A stretch of DNA of 4,966 bases from a virus. Lineage: Duplodnaviria; Heunggongvirae; Uroviricota; Caudoviricetes. The notes below the pieces were generated by a model, which did no database searches, had not been told where the DNA came from, and saw only the letters and a program-made list of their open reading frames with translations. Both the position numbers and the translations under genes were made by a program. The stretch's first letter is position 1. Every line of letters starts with the position of its first letter. The stretch lies in IMG/VR virus record IMGVR_UViG_2529292747_000018, one strand, 5' to 3'. Below, in pieces: positions 4,499 through 4,966 of this stretch.

Positions 4499-4966
4499 AT
4501 GACATTTAAACATTATGATGTTGTCAGGGCGGCGTCGCCGTCAGACCTTGCGGAAAAGCTGACACACAAACTGAAAGAGGGCTGGCAGCCATACGGCGGA
4601 CCGGTTGCCATTACGCCGTACACACTGATGCAGGCGGTGGCTATTGAAGGAGATCCACAGGTCGGCCCTTCATCTAAGCCGGACTGGTTCTACGTGGTTG
4701 TGCTTGCCGGACAGTCCAACGGCATGGCTTACGGTGAAGGGCTTCCGCTGCCGGATTCATACGATGCTCCGGATCCGCGCATTAAACAGCTGGCGCGCCG
4801 CAGCACGGTAACTCCGGGTGGAGAGAGTTGTACGTATAACGACATCATTCCGGCCGACCACTGCCTGCATGATGTGCAGGATATGAGTACGCTGAATCAT
4901 CCGAAGGCAGACCTGAGCAAAGGGCAGTACGGCTGTGTCGGCCAGGGCTTACATATTGCCAAAAAA
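4499..4966 (+). CDS. nanS-p: Prophage NanS-p-type sialate O-acetylesterase (N-terminal DUF1737-like domain plus start of SGNH/SASA hydrolase), 5' partial, continues past window end
   Basis: Open frame from ATG 4499 (GGGAGG Shine-Dalgarno at 4489-4494) to the window end, 156 codons with no stop. Translation MTFKHYDVVRAASPSDLAEKL...FYVVVLAGQSNGMAYGEG matches the recalled N-terminus of the YjhS/NanS-p esterases found next to stx in Stx phages. GQSN is the catalytic-serine block of sialate O-acetylesterase-type hydrolases. Confidence 0.85.
   Translation, partial: MTFKHYDVVRAASPSDLAEKLTHKLKEGWQPYGGPVAITPYTLMQAVAIEGDPQVGPSSKPDWFYVVVLAGQSNGMAYGEGLPLPDSYDAPDPRIKQLARRSTVTPGGESCTYNDIIPADHCLHDVQDMSTLNHPKADLSKGQYGCVGQGLHIAKK

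Noticed and set aside
1-4966. CRISPR arrays, insertion sequences, integrase/attachment sites, rRNA genes
   Set aside because: No spaced direct repeats, no terminal inverted repeats flanking a transposase-like ORF, no integrase ORF and no rRNA-like sequence were seen. The only repeats are the short hairpin motifs reported above.

Overview
All supported genes are on the + strand and the window reads as the nin-region to late-region junction of an enterobacterial (E. coli/Shigella-type) lambdoid prophage with a Stx-phage-like layout. Gene order: YbcO-like Cys/His protein (17-307), RusA resolvase (320-691), Q antiterminator (681-1052), an AT-rich ~1 kb single-gene cargo block encoding a CPBP/Abi-family polytopic membrane protein (1204-2022), a structured region with two intrinsic terminators and a doubtful small ORF (2023-2655), a DNA methyltransferase split into two frames (2656-3378 and 3357-3713), tRNA-Ile2(CAU) (3754-3829), a degenerate tRNA-like remnant (3831-3896), tRNA-Arg(UCU) (3910-3986), ~510 bp of hairpin-rich non-coding DNA where stxAB sits in Stx-converting phages (no toxin ORF here), and the 5' part of a nanS-p-type esterase (4499 to window end, absent from the ORF track because it has no stop in the window). 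The most interesting candidate is the CPBP/Abi-family moron between Q and the late region, a possible phage-carried exclusion, defence or immunity function. All protein family calls come from motif recognition and recalled similarity, not from database searches. GC content was judged by eye. Promoter calls are weak.
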